From assembly GCF_006345805.1 (NCBI RefSeq), contig NC_043000.1, positions 103,788,001 to 103,852,000 on the forward strand: 64,000 nucleotides of DNA. Direction: 5' to 3'. Every line of letters starts with the position of its first letter. The stretch's first letter is position 1. This DNA is from Octopus sinensis (Eukaryota). The notes below the pieces were generated by a model. The model made no database searches and was not told the DNA's origin. It worked only from the letters and a program-made list of their open reading frames with translations. Both the position numbers and the translations under genes were made by a program. This document shows, piece after piece, positions 40,601 through 55,600 of this stretch.

Positions 40601-43600
40601 TTTTCTCTGACTCTTCAAATTATCAACCACACTAACTAAAAGAATAAATATATTTAATTTTTTTAATATTTTTCTGACTTTAAATTTAGTTTATTATTTT
40701 TTGACTGATAAGATGGTTCCACAAAATGTATCTAACTTGCCTCTATCTTCTATTCTAAGTGCAGTTTTCACAAACTGTGAACATTTCGCTTTAGAAAAAG
40801 AACAGTGTTATTAGATATAATTTTGTTAGTTTATCCATATGAACACACATAACTATATTTTCAGGCCTAAACCATCATCGAAATCTGTGACACAAGTATT
40901 GAGAGAGATTGGAGTTGAAGAGAAACCACGTCTGGAGATCTCAAAGGAGTATGTAATACACAACCAATAGATTTTTAATCTGGTTTTATTATTTTAATAA
41001 AAGGTTATACATTAGTTATATTGAATTACATAGATCAGGATAAGATACTGGACTATTAACCTCAATGTCAAGTTCCAGGAGAGATAAAATATTTTGTATC
41101 ATCCATCAATTTTCTGAGTGTCGTTGTGCCTTTCATCCATCTAAGATCAATAATATAAGTTCCAGGCATGGACTGGAATCAAGTTATTCCCATATCCGCC
41201 TCCACTCACCACCTCTGCTAAAAATCTGTGGTTTTCTTTTAATCTGAAACATGATTATTTCTCTCATTATCATCTTTAAGGAATCATATGTAAGTGCCCA
41301 CCAAAAAATGAAAATTTACTGAGGTGTTTTTAACATTTAATGGTACCTTAATTATCCTGATGTTAACTCAGTCTTGTTAGTTACGTCAATAAACAGCCAA
41401 AGGCTAGCTTCTACCTGGTCACTGCCTGTTGATGCTAAAACCTCTCATCTCTTTTATATTTTTAAATAAGTTTCCTGAAACGGAGCTGACTTGAAATCTT
41501 GGTGCTATTGGGGACAACTCAAGTACAGGAATAACAAAAGATGCCAGAAAACATATCAATGTCCTGTTAGGCTGGCACTTCACTATCAAATCATTCTTTT
41601 ACTTCTCTTCCTTTACTACTTCCTAATAAGTAGGGTATAAAAGAGGATCATTGTTGTACTCCAGAGTTTATCAAGGCATTGATGAGAGTCTATAAAATTT
41701 AGCAAGATTTACTTATTGCAGTTTATATTGTAGATGTATTTGTTACAGCCACATGCTCTTCCCTACAAGCTGCCAATTTCTCAACTGTGAAATTATTATC
41801 TATTTTTGAGCTAAGGAGAGAAAGACAGATATATTGTGACATGCCTTGCCCAAGCACAAAGCTGATTGACTAGCTGAGTTTGAATTTGTGACATTTCCAT
41901 CCAGTGATTTGACCCAACTTATTAGTATTCCATTTCACTTAATTATTAATAACCCTTAAGAAAGCACAAATATTACATGATGCCACCTTTCCTCCCTTAA
42001 AAATCTGGATAAGAAAATTTAATGTAAAATTAATTGTATGCATAGGCATGGGTGTGTGGTAAGAAATTTGCTTTCTAAACACATGGTTTCAGAGTTCATT
42101 CTCACTGCATGACAACCTGGGCCAAACAAAGCCTTGTGAGTGAATTTGGTAGACAGAAACTGAAAGAAGCCCTTTGTATGTGTTTTTGTGTTTGTCTTTG
42201 TCCCCAACCACTGCTTGACAATTGGTGTTGATTTGTTTATATCCCTATAACTTAGCAGTTCAGGAAACAGAGACCTATGAAATAGGTACTAGACTTAACA
42301 ATAAGAACTGAGGTCAATGTCTTTGACTAAATAACTCAAGGCAGTGCCCCAGCAAGGCAACAGTCCAAAGACTGAAACAAGTAAAAAGTAAAAGATAAAT
42401 ATAACTTCAAACCAATTTTGACATTAATCTTAACAGATTTGTTTTCTATTTCTAGGGATGTTGTCATAAGAGCTAATAAAGATGAGAAAAAGGTAAGTCA
42501 CGGTAGTGGTTGAATATATTCTTAAGTCCACCATTTCATCAATCGCAGCGGCTTCCAAGCTTCACCACTAATTCTCAGCTAAATTGCAAACTGTTAATAG
42601 TTTTAAAGGGGGCACTTGGAATTCTTCACTGTACTCATTGCCAACCCTCACTTTACTGACAGCATCCCTGTACATGGCTTGCACAGCTCTCACTAACCAT
42701 TCATCTATCCCTAGTTTCCTCATTGACCACCAGATAAGGGATCAGAGGCCCCTGTCAAAGGTTTTCTCCATGTCAACGAAAGCCAGGTACAGAGTTTTAT
42801 CTTTGTCTAGGTATTTCTCTTGCAGCTGTCATACCAGAAATATAACATTGGTGGTGCTTTTCCCTGGCATGAACCCAAACTTCATCTCATCTAGACTGAC
42901 TCTCTCCCGAATTAGTTGAGCTATGACCATCTATGTGACCTTTATTACCTGATCCAACAACTGTAATTATTTGTATCTAAAGCATCACCTTTACCTTTGT
43001 AGCAGTTAACTGGTGTTGCTACGCCAATCATTGGGTATGACTCCATCATGTATCACCTGGTTAACTATATGGGTGACTAGGCTATAGCCAACACCGCCAG
43101 ATATTAACACCCGGATGATTTTCACTAAGCAAAGCCCTCAAAATTTTTTGCGTGGAATCAAGTATCCTGACCTCCTAATACGCTGCAAATCCCTTATTTT
43201 GGTTTGGAAAAAATGAGGTGGGGTGTGTTCCCCGTCCCGGAATCATTGGAGTTTTTTTAATTCATTGAACGAATTCCTGTGACCTACTAATATTGCAAAA
43301 TTAAGTTAAGGTGAGCCTGGTAACTGATGGTCTTGGTGTCTTGTTGTTTGTAACTTTTGGTGAGCCATGGTGCAACCAACAACATGGTAAAAATCCCTGC
43401 CATTAATTTGGTGAGGATGGGTAATATCAAATAATTCAATCACAATATATATTTAAATTAAACAGGAAAAAAATTGAAATACTATCTTTCAGTATTTTAT
43501 AAGGTAAAATCTTAAATTAGTAATTGACACATTAATTATCTTATAACAGCAATGCCTGGAAAAATCATGGATTACATGGAAAAATGCAAGCAGGAAAACT

Positions 43601-46600
43601 AATATTCTTAAGATTATAAATCTGGAAAAGTACAGGACAAGTTATTACACCTGTAAAAGTATAGGACAAGCTACTACTTCTAGTAAAGTAAAGAATAAGA
43701 AACTTTTTACTTAAAATATTGCAGCTAAAATTAAAATTTGAATATTAAAAATTATTCAATTATAGTTTACAAATAACACTATACTTATTTAAGTAGAATT
43801 TGGCTAATTTACTACCTTAAATACAGAAAAAAGTGACTAATTAGACAAACTTACAAATTAGCTGAACAGTTTTGTACAATAAATTTAAAAGATGAGCAAT
43901 ATTTTAAGTAAAATGTTTCTTATTCTTTACTTCACTAGAAGTAATAGCTTGTCCTATACTTTTACAGGTGTAATAACTTGTCCTGTACTTTTCCAGTTTT
44001 ATAATCTTAAGAATATTACTTTCCATCCTCGCATTTTTCTATGTAATAACAATATGTCTGCCAGCTTTTAAATGGTCTTGTATTCAAATCAAGGTCATCT
44101 TTGCCTTTTGTCCTTCCTAGATTGATAAAATGGAGTACCAGTTTAATACTGGGATTGATTTAATTGACTGCCTGCACTCTTCAAATTTGCAACCTTGTGC
44201 TTGCCTGTATTTGAAAGAATTATTTGCAAATGTAATTCCTCCTTGGATGATAAAAAGTATTTTGTGCCAAACAATTTTCTCTTATAATTCCATTCACATC
44301 TAAGATGTATTGTAAAACTCCAATACTTATTTTATCACCTGCTCCCCCATCCTTCAAAGGATGACAGGTAAAGACTTTGATGGGATATGAACTCAGAATG
44401 TAAGAGGCTTTAACTAAATACTGCAATGCATTTTGTTCAATTCTGACAATCTACTCAATTTTATTTAGTGATCTCTCCTAACACACTAGTCTCTCTACTA
44501 TCATATTGGCACTATCCTTCTTATAATGTAGTAGTAAATACCAGTACAAAAGAATCTCTTAACAATGTGATCTTTCTAACATGCTGGTCTCCTCTTAAAA
44601 ACTAGTCTCCATAGTAACTTATTATTGAATAAAGTTGTTGTTGTTCAGTCTTGATTAAGCAAACCTACAATTAAACATTTATACTGTAAGCATCGCTTCT
44701 TTTATTCAGATATAGTGTAATCTAGAACTACATCATTCAGTGTGCCCTTCTTTTTAAGATGGTATAGTGTGATTTTAGGGAGATTTAGCTACTATTTTTA
44801 GCAAGTTGAGCAACTACATAAAGTCTTAAAACTAAACACTGGTATTAATGTAATCAATTATAGCCATCCTGTACAATTTATTGGCTTCTTTCCATGTTAG
44901 AACTCTGTAATGTTTAATTGGAGAGAATGCATTGTCTTTGACCAAACAAAATGGGAAGATTGAGTTCATTCAGTTCAAATCTCTAGGAAAATGGGAAAAT
45001 TCTAGAAAATTGCAGTTTTGGAGAGGAATGATTGGGTATAGTTTAATATTTGGTAAATATTAGGCTGAGATGACAAGTAACCTTCAATAGAAGTAGTACA
45101 CAAGTTAGTTGACATGAGCAGTTGCTGTTGTGGTAGTTGTAGAAGAAACTAGGAGAAGAATTAATTCATCTGTGGCTTATTTTTATTTCAAAGTCAAGTA
45201 AGATTTTAATAAAAGTGAAGTGCTTTTGTTTAAATCATATTAAATGTATGTTTGTGTTATTTTCTTCTCTCAATCCACTCAGCCCCAAGATCCATCCCGA
45301 GCTCCTCCTCGTCTACGATGGAGTCAAAAAGAAACTGTTCACTTAGAAAACCTCCCCCTTGAAGATCCCCTCGCAGGTAAACTCTTTTGGGGTTTTTTTG
45401 TTGTTGCTACATGGAAGTGCATTTCTCTGTATGTTTCTTAAAAACTTAGATGATACTAATTACATGTGAGTTAATAGCATTGCAAAAAGTAGATAATATT
45501 ACAGTACTTACTCTGCTTTTATGATATTGCAAAAGCCTATAAGTTTCTGCACTTTGTTGAGGAAACAGAACATGCTACTTTAAAAGTTGACCTGAAGATC
45601 AATACCAGAAAAACAGGCTTAATGCAGATAATAGTAGTAAAAATCCTATTAAACTAGGCAGAAAGCCAATTTAACAGATGGAACATTTGAAGTGTCTTGG
45701 TTCATACATAACAGCTGGTAGTAACAGCATACATAAAATAAAAGTATAACAAGGCATGGCCAGATAAACCTCTATACAACCCATGAAGATATGAAGGTCA
45801 ACAGAGATTAAACTTAGTCAAATCACTTATAAGGAGTATTGCTATGTAGGGCTGTGAGAACTGGGCTCTGAAGAAAAGTGATGAGCACATGTTAGATGCA
45901 TTTGAGCTATGGTTATAGCAAAGAATTCTGCATATCAGCTGTATATCAGAATATAGATCCAATAAATGGATCTATGAAAAGATTAAACTACCAGAAAGCA
46001 ACAGTCTATTAGCATAAATCAAGAAGAGGAAAATATCAGAGTATGGATCCTGAAGCCACCAACTAGTAATGAAGACTGGTGTAAGAGATGGAGGAGAAAA
46101 TTCCAAAGGGAAATAAGTTGCATGAATGATATTATCTACTGGACTCAGGATGGTCTTGTACTGTGCATGCAAAAACATATGCAGCCTGGATGGTTACAGC
46201 ACCAGTAGATTTATTATTATCAGTATTACTTGACAGAAACATTTGAATTTCTGGAAATACTCAACATTACCACATCACTATTACTATTGTTGAAATCTTC
46301 ATCAGAATTGTTATATACATTATACAAACAAAAGATGTTTTTTATAAAGAATATTTGTTAATACAAAGCCTACATGTCTTCTATATGTTAAGGGAGTTTA
46401 ACAGAAACATTTTGCATTTATACTGAATCAGTAACTGTAATGTTTCCATAAGGCATTTTAACAGATAAGGTTCATATGAAGACATTACAACCAAACTCTA
46501 AGTGTGAGGGAATTAAGATGGTTGACAAAATTTTTTTATGAACCTGTTTCACAGCAGCAGTTGTTTTGTCTGCTTGTTTTGGAACATTTGCTCCCTAAAA

Positions 46601-49600
46601 ACATTGAGATTTATTGAAGATTCCCTATTATATTTTCACATTTACTTCTAATATATTCTTGTAAGTTAGCCTGTTTTCACCTTTTAGTAAAGTCAGTTGA
46701 AAATAAGGAACTTTTCCATTTTAGAATCTGATGAAGTTGCAGTCTCTCAAGCTCGACAAAAATGGAAGTATCGAAATTCTGTCATTGAAATACTGGAGAA
46801 TAAATCTTTAGTTGATCCAACACTGGTAATAACTGGTAGGTATCTCACTCTGTCTTTCATGGTATATGAATGTTTTTATTTATTTGTATGTTACATTTAG
46901 ACAAAGTTGTGTATTTGGAGAATTCATTTTTCTCAATATTCATCACCCAAAAATTTTTAGAGTCATTCAGTTATCAATTACCACAGATTCTCTGAGGATC
47001 CAGTTGGGGTGACAGCTGTGTTGATATGCCACAACTTAATGGTCACAGCAGATGAGGAAGAATCTTACATAGATGGGAACTGACTGAGACACTGCTTTGA
47101 GGGTCTCACAGGACAACCTGAGCAGATACTAACAAATGATGGATGCAGCAATGCACTTCAACGGCACATACCCTGTACCTGATCTGACCTTATGTTATTG
47201 TTTATTCCCAAATCAGTTGTGATTAATCAGATCCATGATTAAAAATCCTTCTAATCACGACCATCCCACCTTTTTTCAAACATAGTGTACTCCAGACTAC
47301 ATTATCCAATATGCTCTTTTAAGAAAGTAGTGTAAAGCTCAAGGACTAATTGGTTGTTGTCTTTGACAGGTTGAGCAGTCACAAAGTAACTCCTTGTTTC
47401 AGCTCTTGTAATATCTAACATCTGTGTCCTTCATTATTCATGTATGTAGTCAGTAGTGTTTTCTTTCATTGCTGATTAACATACATATATAAGCACATAA
47501 AGGTGGATATCACTGCTAACTGAAACTATAAACAGATTGACAACTGATTGGTGGTTCAATAGTTCATATCTTTCCACCAGCATCATGCTGTCTCCACGAA
47601 CAAAACACTAAAATTCTTACTAATTCAGTTTACTTTGCCTTAAACAGGTACTTTAGGTAGGTACAGTACTTATGAGAAATGGCAAAGGTATATAGTTTAT
47701 AATTATTTCATTAATTTGTTGTTCTTAGTCCAGTTCTGTTAATGAGCTCCACCCCACAAAAATCAGTGCTGATACTAAATCATGGACAGTTGCTTCCATT
47801 TGTCTTTGACTGCATTACCTTTGTATTGAAATTCTAGGTTTAATTATGCTTAGGTAAAAAAAATAGGTGTGACTCAAGAAGGAGGTGATACGTGACAGCA
47901 CAGAAAGGGTGGAAAGCAGCAGTATACCAAAACTGTCGATAGATGAAAAAATAGGGAGATGATAGGTTGGACAAGACTTTTTCAGGCAGTATTGTATGAC
48001 CAGATGCCCTTCCTGATGCCAACTGTTACTTTTTCAAGTGAGACATTTTATGCCTGTGGTCTTTGCATGTCACTTTGAAGCAGAGGTTTTTGTTTAAGGT
48101 GAATATGTCACCAATATCCAAACATTGCCAATGCAAAGACTCTTGAGACAAACACTTGTGCACAAACCTCACACACACACATACACATACACACACACAT
48201 GACAGGCTTCAGTGTAGTTTCCATTTACAAATTTTATTTCACTCAGAAGGCATTGGTCCACCAGAGGCTATTGTATTGGGTCATCCCATAAATAATGCAA
48301 TTTTTTAATACTTCTTTTATTTTCCAAAATTAAGATAAACAGAGTTCTTTTTTAATCTAAAATATACTCTCCTTCATTTTCTACAATGCTCTGGTAGACT
48401 TGCAAGGCCCCTCTTCCAAAATGCACTTGTCCATGACGAAAAATATTCCTCCAGTACAGTTCTGACCTCATCTACAGAATTCATATTTTTTCTGTCCAAA
48501 TGATTTTGAAGACTGCGAAATAAATGTTAATCAAATGGGGCAATTTCCAGCGAATATGGTGGGTGGGGCATTGTTTCCTATTCAAACTGCTCCGACCTTT
48601 GGAATGTCATCCTCGCTGTATGTTGCCGAGCATTATCCTGATGGAAGAACATCTTTCATTTTGAAACCAAAGATGGTCATTTTCCTTCAAGTGCTGATTT
48701 AAGCCGCTCAAGCTGCTCACAGTAGATCTTCTTTGTTATCGTTTGGTTTGAGTTTAAAAGTTCAAAGTGGACTAAACCTTTCATATCTCACCAGATAACA
48801 ACACTTTGCATGGGTGAAGATTTCTAGCCTGGGGTGCTGGTGCTTCTTCTTTCACTGCTCACTGTCTTTGGCGGTTGACATTTTTATAGAGAACCCATTT
48901 CTTGTCACCAGTCACTATTTGGTCCAAAAAAGGTTCAGTCATGAGACGTGACAGCAAAGAAGAGCACACATTCACTCACTGCACATGATTAGACTTGGAT
49001 TAGACCCAATTTGTTGACTTTTCCAATGGGGCACAGTTGTTGATGAATAGTTGAATGACCAAATCCAAGCTTCTATGCTAGTTCCTCAATAGTTACAATG
49101 GGATTTTTTTCCACCAGGATTTGTAGGATGTCCTCGTCAAGCTCTACAGAGCTTCCAGGATGAGGCTCATCTTCTAGGCTATAGTTTCCAGCTCGGAATT
49201 TCTGGAATCACTGTCGACACTGACTTATGCTTCCTATCTGATCCCTGTATACTGCATTAATATTCCTCTCACTTTCCGTTGTGTTGTTGCCTTTATTGAA
49301 TTCATAAAGCAAAATGTGCCAAATATGCTCCTTTGCCACTTCCATTATAACTTAGAAAAATAACTTTTAAAATCGAACTGTACTCTTCAAAACTTACACT
49401 AAGAATAAGGTAAAATTACTACCTACTGTTATAGCAAGTTAATGCAGGTAGTTTATCCCGTCCCCCTCTGACTTTTCATACAATTTAAAAAACCGCATTA
49501 TTTATGAGATGACCCAATAGATAATACTTGACCAAGGTGCCATGCAGCAGAATTGACCCTGAAACCATATGGCTGTGAAGCAAACTTCTTAACTACATAA

Positions 49601-52600
49601 TTCCTGCACTCTCTCACTCACACATGCATATTTGCTTCAAGCTTTGATCTACTCCATTATTTCTCAGAGTATCTAGTTATGTGCAATATTTCAACTGAAG
49701 AATCACATATAGGAAGAAACTCTGAGTAGCGGCAAGGTGAATCATCTGCTTCAAATGGATATATAAATTCTGCTGCATGTATTGAGTACATTTTGTATTG
49801 ATTGCTTCCTGTCAATATTTCAGAAGAAGCTGCTGAGGACCTTCTTTCAAAGAATCAAGTATTAAGAAATCCTGTTCAAGGCTTGACTTCAGGAAATACT
49901 CCAGTGACATCTGGCATAGCTCCACCAAACAGTTCCAAACCAAAAGCATTGAAGCAAGAAAGTATTCCACAACCTGAGTCATTTTTTGTGCCTTTTGACA
50001 ATAGTCCAGGAAATAACAATAAAGCTGAGACCCCACCCAAAACTCAGAATACTAAATCTGTCAGTAATGCTGTTCCTGTTGAAAAACCAATCTCAAATGC
50101 AACATTTCAAATTCCAAAACGTGTAGATGATAGTGCTTTCTCTGAAAACAATTTACAGCCAATAAAACCATTAAAAGGTAATAAATTTATTATAAATTAA
50201 AAACAAAAAAAAAACATCTATTTAATATTTTTTTGTTTTATTTTGTAACAGTGTTATAAAATATTTACTTTATCAACCAGACTATTGGATGCTGTTATAC
50301 ACTAATGGTCACAATGCACTTCCTTGCATTGATGTAGCTTTTGTTTGATGCCACCCCACTGGCTAGTCAGGAGGTCAACATTCCCCTTGGACAGAATGCC
50401 AATCTGATGCAAGGTTACCCATTTACAGCTGTGTCGACTGGAGCAACATGAAATGAAGTGTTTTGCTCAATGGTCTGGGAATTGAAACCATGATCTTATA
50501 ATCATAAGTACAACGCCCTGACAACTTGGCTATGCACCTTCACTATAAAGTATTAAATGTTTTAAACAATGTTGGCAGATACTTACAACCTAATTACTGA
50601 CACAACTTCCCAGCAGCTGGATAGTGTCATGTTGTTGATATATGGTGACATTTTGTTTTCTCTTTTTTGTTTGTCTTTGGTTTCTAAAATGAAAATATTG
50701 CTGAAATATTTGACATCTCTGACTTGCAATATTATCTGCATATTCTGGGTTAAAACGAAAACGTTGACTTCCTATCTGTAGCCATGGAAACACTTAGAAG
50801 GAATTGGCATGTGCCACTGTCAAGAAATTGGTACAAGTATGTTTCTTAAGTCATTACAGTGCTAATGATAATGATAATTTGTATCATAAAACACAAAACT
50901 AAAATTGATTAAATTAACTCCTCTACTTGACTGGTATTTTATTGGCCCAGGAAGAAAGAAAGGTAAAGATAACTTTGCCACTGCTCTACCAACCTTGTCA
51001 GCTAATGTTAGTAATTTGTAAACACAAGGCCAGTGTTGATTGAATATACCCTTCTTGATTAGTTTTTTATCAACCCAGTAAAAATGAAAGCTAAAGATAG
51101 CTTCAACACTGTTCTACTAATATTGTTATTTGAACCTTAATGCTAATGATAATAATTTCTTACATTGATACACAAGGCCTTAAATTTGGCATAAAATGGG
51201 TAATCAATCATAGTATTTGAATGTTACTTTATTTTATTGACACAAGAGAAGTGAAAGGCAAAGTTGACTTTTGCAAAATTTGATCTTAGAAGAAATATCA
51301 CAAGACAAACCACTATCCTTAAAATAATTATTTTTAAAATAGGTACAAAGCCACAAATATTGGGGAGGGGGATGATATTGTCAATTATACTTTTGATTGA
51401 CCCTTATTTTATTGATATTGGAAGGAGGAATTATGAAATCAGCCATGGAGCTATTTGAAGCCAGGCATAAGTAAATACTGTGAAATATTTTGAACACCAT
51501 ATGGAGGTGCTATTGGTGGTAACAGCAATGGTGGCACAGATAATTGTGGTGGTCTGTTCATGACACAAGGTGATGATGTTTATGATAAACTGTTATTTGT
51601 TTTGCTTTTGTAGGTGACGTAAAGCAACAAGAACCAAGTGAGACGGAGCAGACATTGCCTGTAGAAAAAGAATCTCAATCTTTAGTGGAAGAGGTACCTG
51701 TGTTACAACATTCGTTTTCAAGGTTTGTAACTAGTCCTTATTATCATCATAACTTCTTCAGTGTCATCTTTAATACTATTATCATCATCATATATTTATC
51801 AGTTATCTTTGTCATCGCCATTGTTATCATAATTGCTATCATTTATCTTCATTACCACCTTTATCCTTTCATCATCATTGCCATCATCTTCATTATGTTT
51901 TTTATAATATTAATGCTCTTCGTTTAAGTTATTTATTGTAATTATTGGTTTGACTTTAAGACACGATAGAAAAACATACGAAAATGATGTAATTCAGTTT
52001 TCTTACTGCTTTTGAGCTGAGTTAATCTAAACTGTGGTTGTCATGTAGTTTGTAATAGTGATATAGGAATGTGACATGATGATAACGGTATACTAATTGA
52101 CTTCTGTAGTAATGTGACAGTGAGCTATTCTCACATATAGTGATGTGATATAATGTATTCACAAATATAATGATATGACAGATGTATTCACACATACAGT
52201 AATGTAACAGGGATGTGTATTCACATAAATAGTGATGAGTGATGTCTTCATATGTAGAGTACTAGGACAGTAATGTATTCATGTATATAGTGATGTGACT
52301 GTTATATAATTTGAAGCAAAAATGACAGTGATTTAGTTTCCTTTCTCCCTTCATTCTTTTAACTGTCCCCTGCCATACTGCATATTGAACCATCTGTGCT
52401 CACTATGTTTCATAGTTTCTTTGGATGGTTTCTGCTGCAAGTTGGATGAAAAGAGTTTGTTAGCCCCTAGCTCAACCCCTCTTCATTTCTGATAAAAAAA
52501 AGAACACTAGAAGTGGCCTCCCATAACCTTCTCACAGTGCTACATAGCCAATGCAGAGAGAGAGAGAAATTAAATCCAGTAGTTGACTGATATATTTTAT

Positions 52601-55600
52601 TTATTGAGTCTAGAATACAAAATCTGGAATAATTACCATAAGGGATTTGTCCAATGTGTTGCTGAATTGATGGCCTTCATTTCCAATTCTTAAAAAATCT
52701 TAATTCTAACCTATTTTAAATTTTCAGCCCTCAGTTGGATTCAATAAATGATCTTCCAGAACAAAAAGATGAGGTTTGTATTATCTGGGTTTTTTTTTGT
52801 TTATATTTCTTTCAAACCTCTGGTTATGATGAGAAAGATCAATTTATGTGTAGTTATTGTTGTTGCTTAACCCCAGATTGATCATAATCTTGTCAAAAAC
52901 TCTAGTTTATAACCATTGTCTCTTCTTTTTTAGATATGATGAGTTTAGGACCACATCTAATATGTCTTTTCTATTTTAATGCAGATTTGCCTGTCATCCT
53001 TAGTAGCTTAGCTTTTTTGTTGACTTGTGTATTTCTGTTGTTGAGTTCAGTAATTTGATGAGGGGTTAATGTAGTCTCTTGTATCATGTTATTATAAGTG
53101 TTATCCTTTATTTCTTTCAGCTAATGAGGACTCGGTCAGTACCAGATCTCACTAGTCTGTTCCAAACTGCTGATAGCAAAATAAAAGAAACTACTGAAAA
53201 TCTAGATAACTTAAAAAAGGTGAGTAAATACTTTGAGTACTTATGTTATGTCTGATATTGTGTATATGTAGTAGTATATATGTGTATGTGCTTGCATATC
53301 TATGTGTCATTTAGTTCTTATTTTACAACTCAAAAAAAATCTGCAGTTCATTGTCTGAGATTTCCAAATTATCTAATTCCATTAGAAATATATGGATTTT
53401 TAATGATTTTTTTTTCTATATTTCCTTGGAACATAATTTGAAGGAATCACAGAAAACTGATGTCCTGAAGCGACTTTCTCAAGTTTCTGGTGATTTTGAA
53501 CCAAGCCTCGAAGAGTGAGTTCATACTTAATTCTTGATATTGTTGTTCAGTCTCTGTATTGCCTTGTAACTTTATAGTTTGTTAAAATACCATTGAAAAC
53601 TTTGTATGCATGTCATGATTCAAGGGAGGGATGAATTGTTAAAGTGATATTAAGACACCGTACAGCTTCTGTGAGAGGATGCGCACCGCTAACATTTCAA
53701 GTAGTGGAATTGTAGATGGGCTATCACTCCACTAAAACAACTTATTCTATTCACATTCAATATGTGGTTGCATCATTTGATGAAGATATTGGATATTTTA
53801 AAGTAGTTGGTTGCTTGATAAAGGATGAGTGCTTTATTTGAAAACTAAAGAAATTTTTAAATAGTTTAACCATGATTGATGAACAAACAGATGAGAACAA
53901 TGACATTATGAAAATATCCCATTATGTGTTGCACCTGTCATACCTTGTCATGTAATATAGCTATTTTCTAATTTTCACACATATATTAAATACCAGTATT
54001 CCAGATAACCAAATGAAGTAGTCTCTACAAAAGCTTTGGAGACCCCCTTGCCCAACAGTGAAATTTCACCATCTTTCAAATTTGAAACTAGTCACAAACA
54101 AAGCCTGTAAAAGACCTTGTAAAAAAGTTTTATAACAAAGTACATACCTATGAATTTGTAAAATTAAAGATTGATTATTTTTCTTGGCACAGATGTGATC
54201 TCAGGTTCTTGTGCTCTTACAATTTCCACCTGATACTAAGATTGTTCCCCATGCTTACTTTAGATGGTAACTTGACCTACTAGAAATAACAGCCAAATTT
54301 GGTTACATCTCTTTACACTTGAATTCAAATCTCACTGAGATCTATTTTACCATCAATTCTTCCATGATTAATAAAACAAACAACAGTTAGTTATTGAGGT
54401 AGATTTAATTGCATCCATCTCCTATTATTTATGATCATGTGATAAAAGTAAGCAATCATTATCATAGTTATTATCATTAAGAGGGTTTGATAATAGCGAA
54501 ATAAAGTTATTACAATGGATGTAAATATATTTGCTTATCTCAGTAATATAGTTGTAAAATTTGATAATTTAAATATTTATCTGTTGGTTTAAAAGTACCT
54601 TTGGCTTTTAATATTTATAAATAGAACTGGGAGGTGGAATGAAAAGATCAGTGAAGTTTCAGATAAAAGGTTTTGCAGTATTTTAATTATGTTATAAGTA
54701 GATTTTTAGTAGTTTTTAATTTTTATTATTTTTGTTTTATCTGTTGTTATTTCTTAAACAGTTTCTATGCTCTACACTGTAATGTAGGGCAAGAATTCCC
54801 GGTTGATTTCGTTCACTTCACTTTGCTATTCATATCTTGCCCAGCCATTTTAGATCGACTACTGGATGAAACCATAGTACCTCTCCTGACTTTAGGCCTA
54901 TGTGTCTATGCTAACCAAGTCCAGATTGGACAGGATACTCCCATGGTTGAATTTATAATCCCAGCCATTGGCACTTTGCTGTTAATGCTCTTGTGAAAAG
55001 CATTAATTTCACTAACATTCATTTTTCCTCTCCTAAAAACCACAACCTTTTGCTCCTGTGATGTTGGTGATCAGGCTTACTAAGTTAAAAGTTAACTGCT
55101 TCTGATATACTAATCAACGCTTGATACATTGCTTATAATTGTGCTTTTTTTTTTAGGACAGATGAAATTAGTCTGGTACGGCAATCTATGCAAGATGTAT
55201 TGACAAAAAGTTGTAAGTTTACTCCTTTTGTTTTTCTTTTTTCTCTTAATTTTTTTTTTTATCTTCAGTGTCTTTAAAATTCATTGCTCTGAAAATGAAA
55301 GTGATAAATAGTTGAGTGGATGAGCTTTTGAACTATCAAATCACATGTTATTTCAAATCTACTGCAGTTATTTCATTTTATTTCTGAATTGGACTCTTTA
55401 TTATACAATGCCACACTTCATCTCACTTGTGTTAATAGGTATCAGGTTCTCACAGAAAAAGTCAGTAAGGCTTGTTTAGCCCGTCATTAAAGACTTTTTT
55501 TCAATCATAAAAAGTTATGTAACTATTACTATTTATTCTAACAATGTGTAAAGTAAAGGTAAAGACCTCCTTCAGTCATGAATGTCCATGGGATTGCACC

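Noticed and set aside
46826-46831. Alternative donor gtaata in exon 26
   Set aside because: Phase 0 is incompatible with the phase-1 acceptor of exon 27
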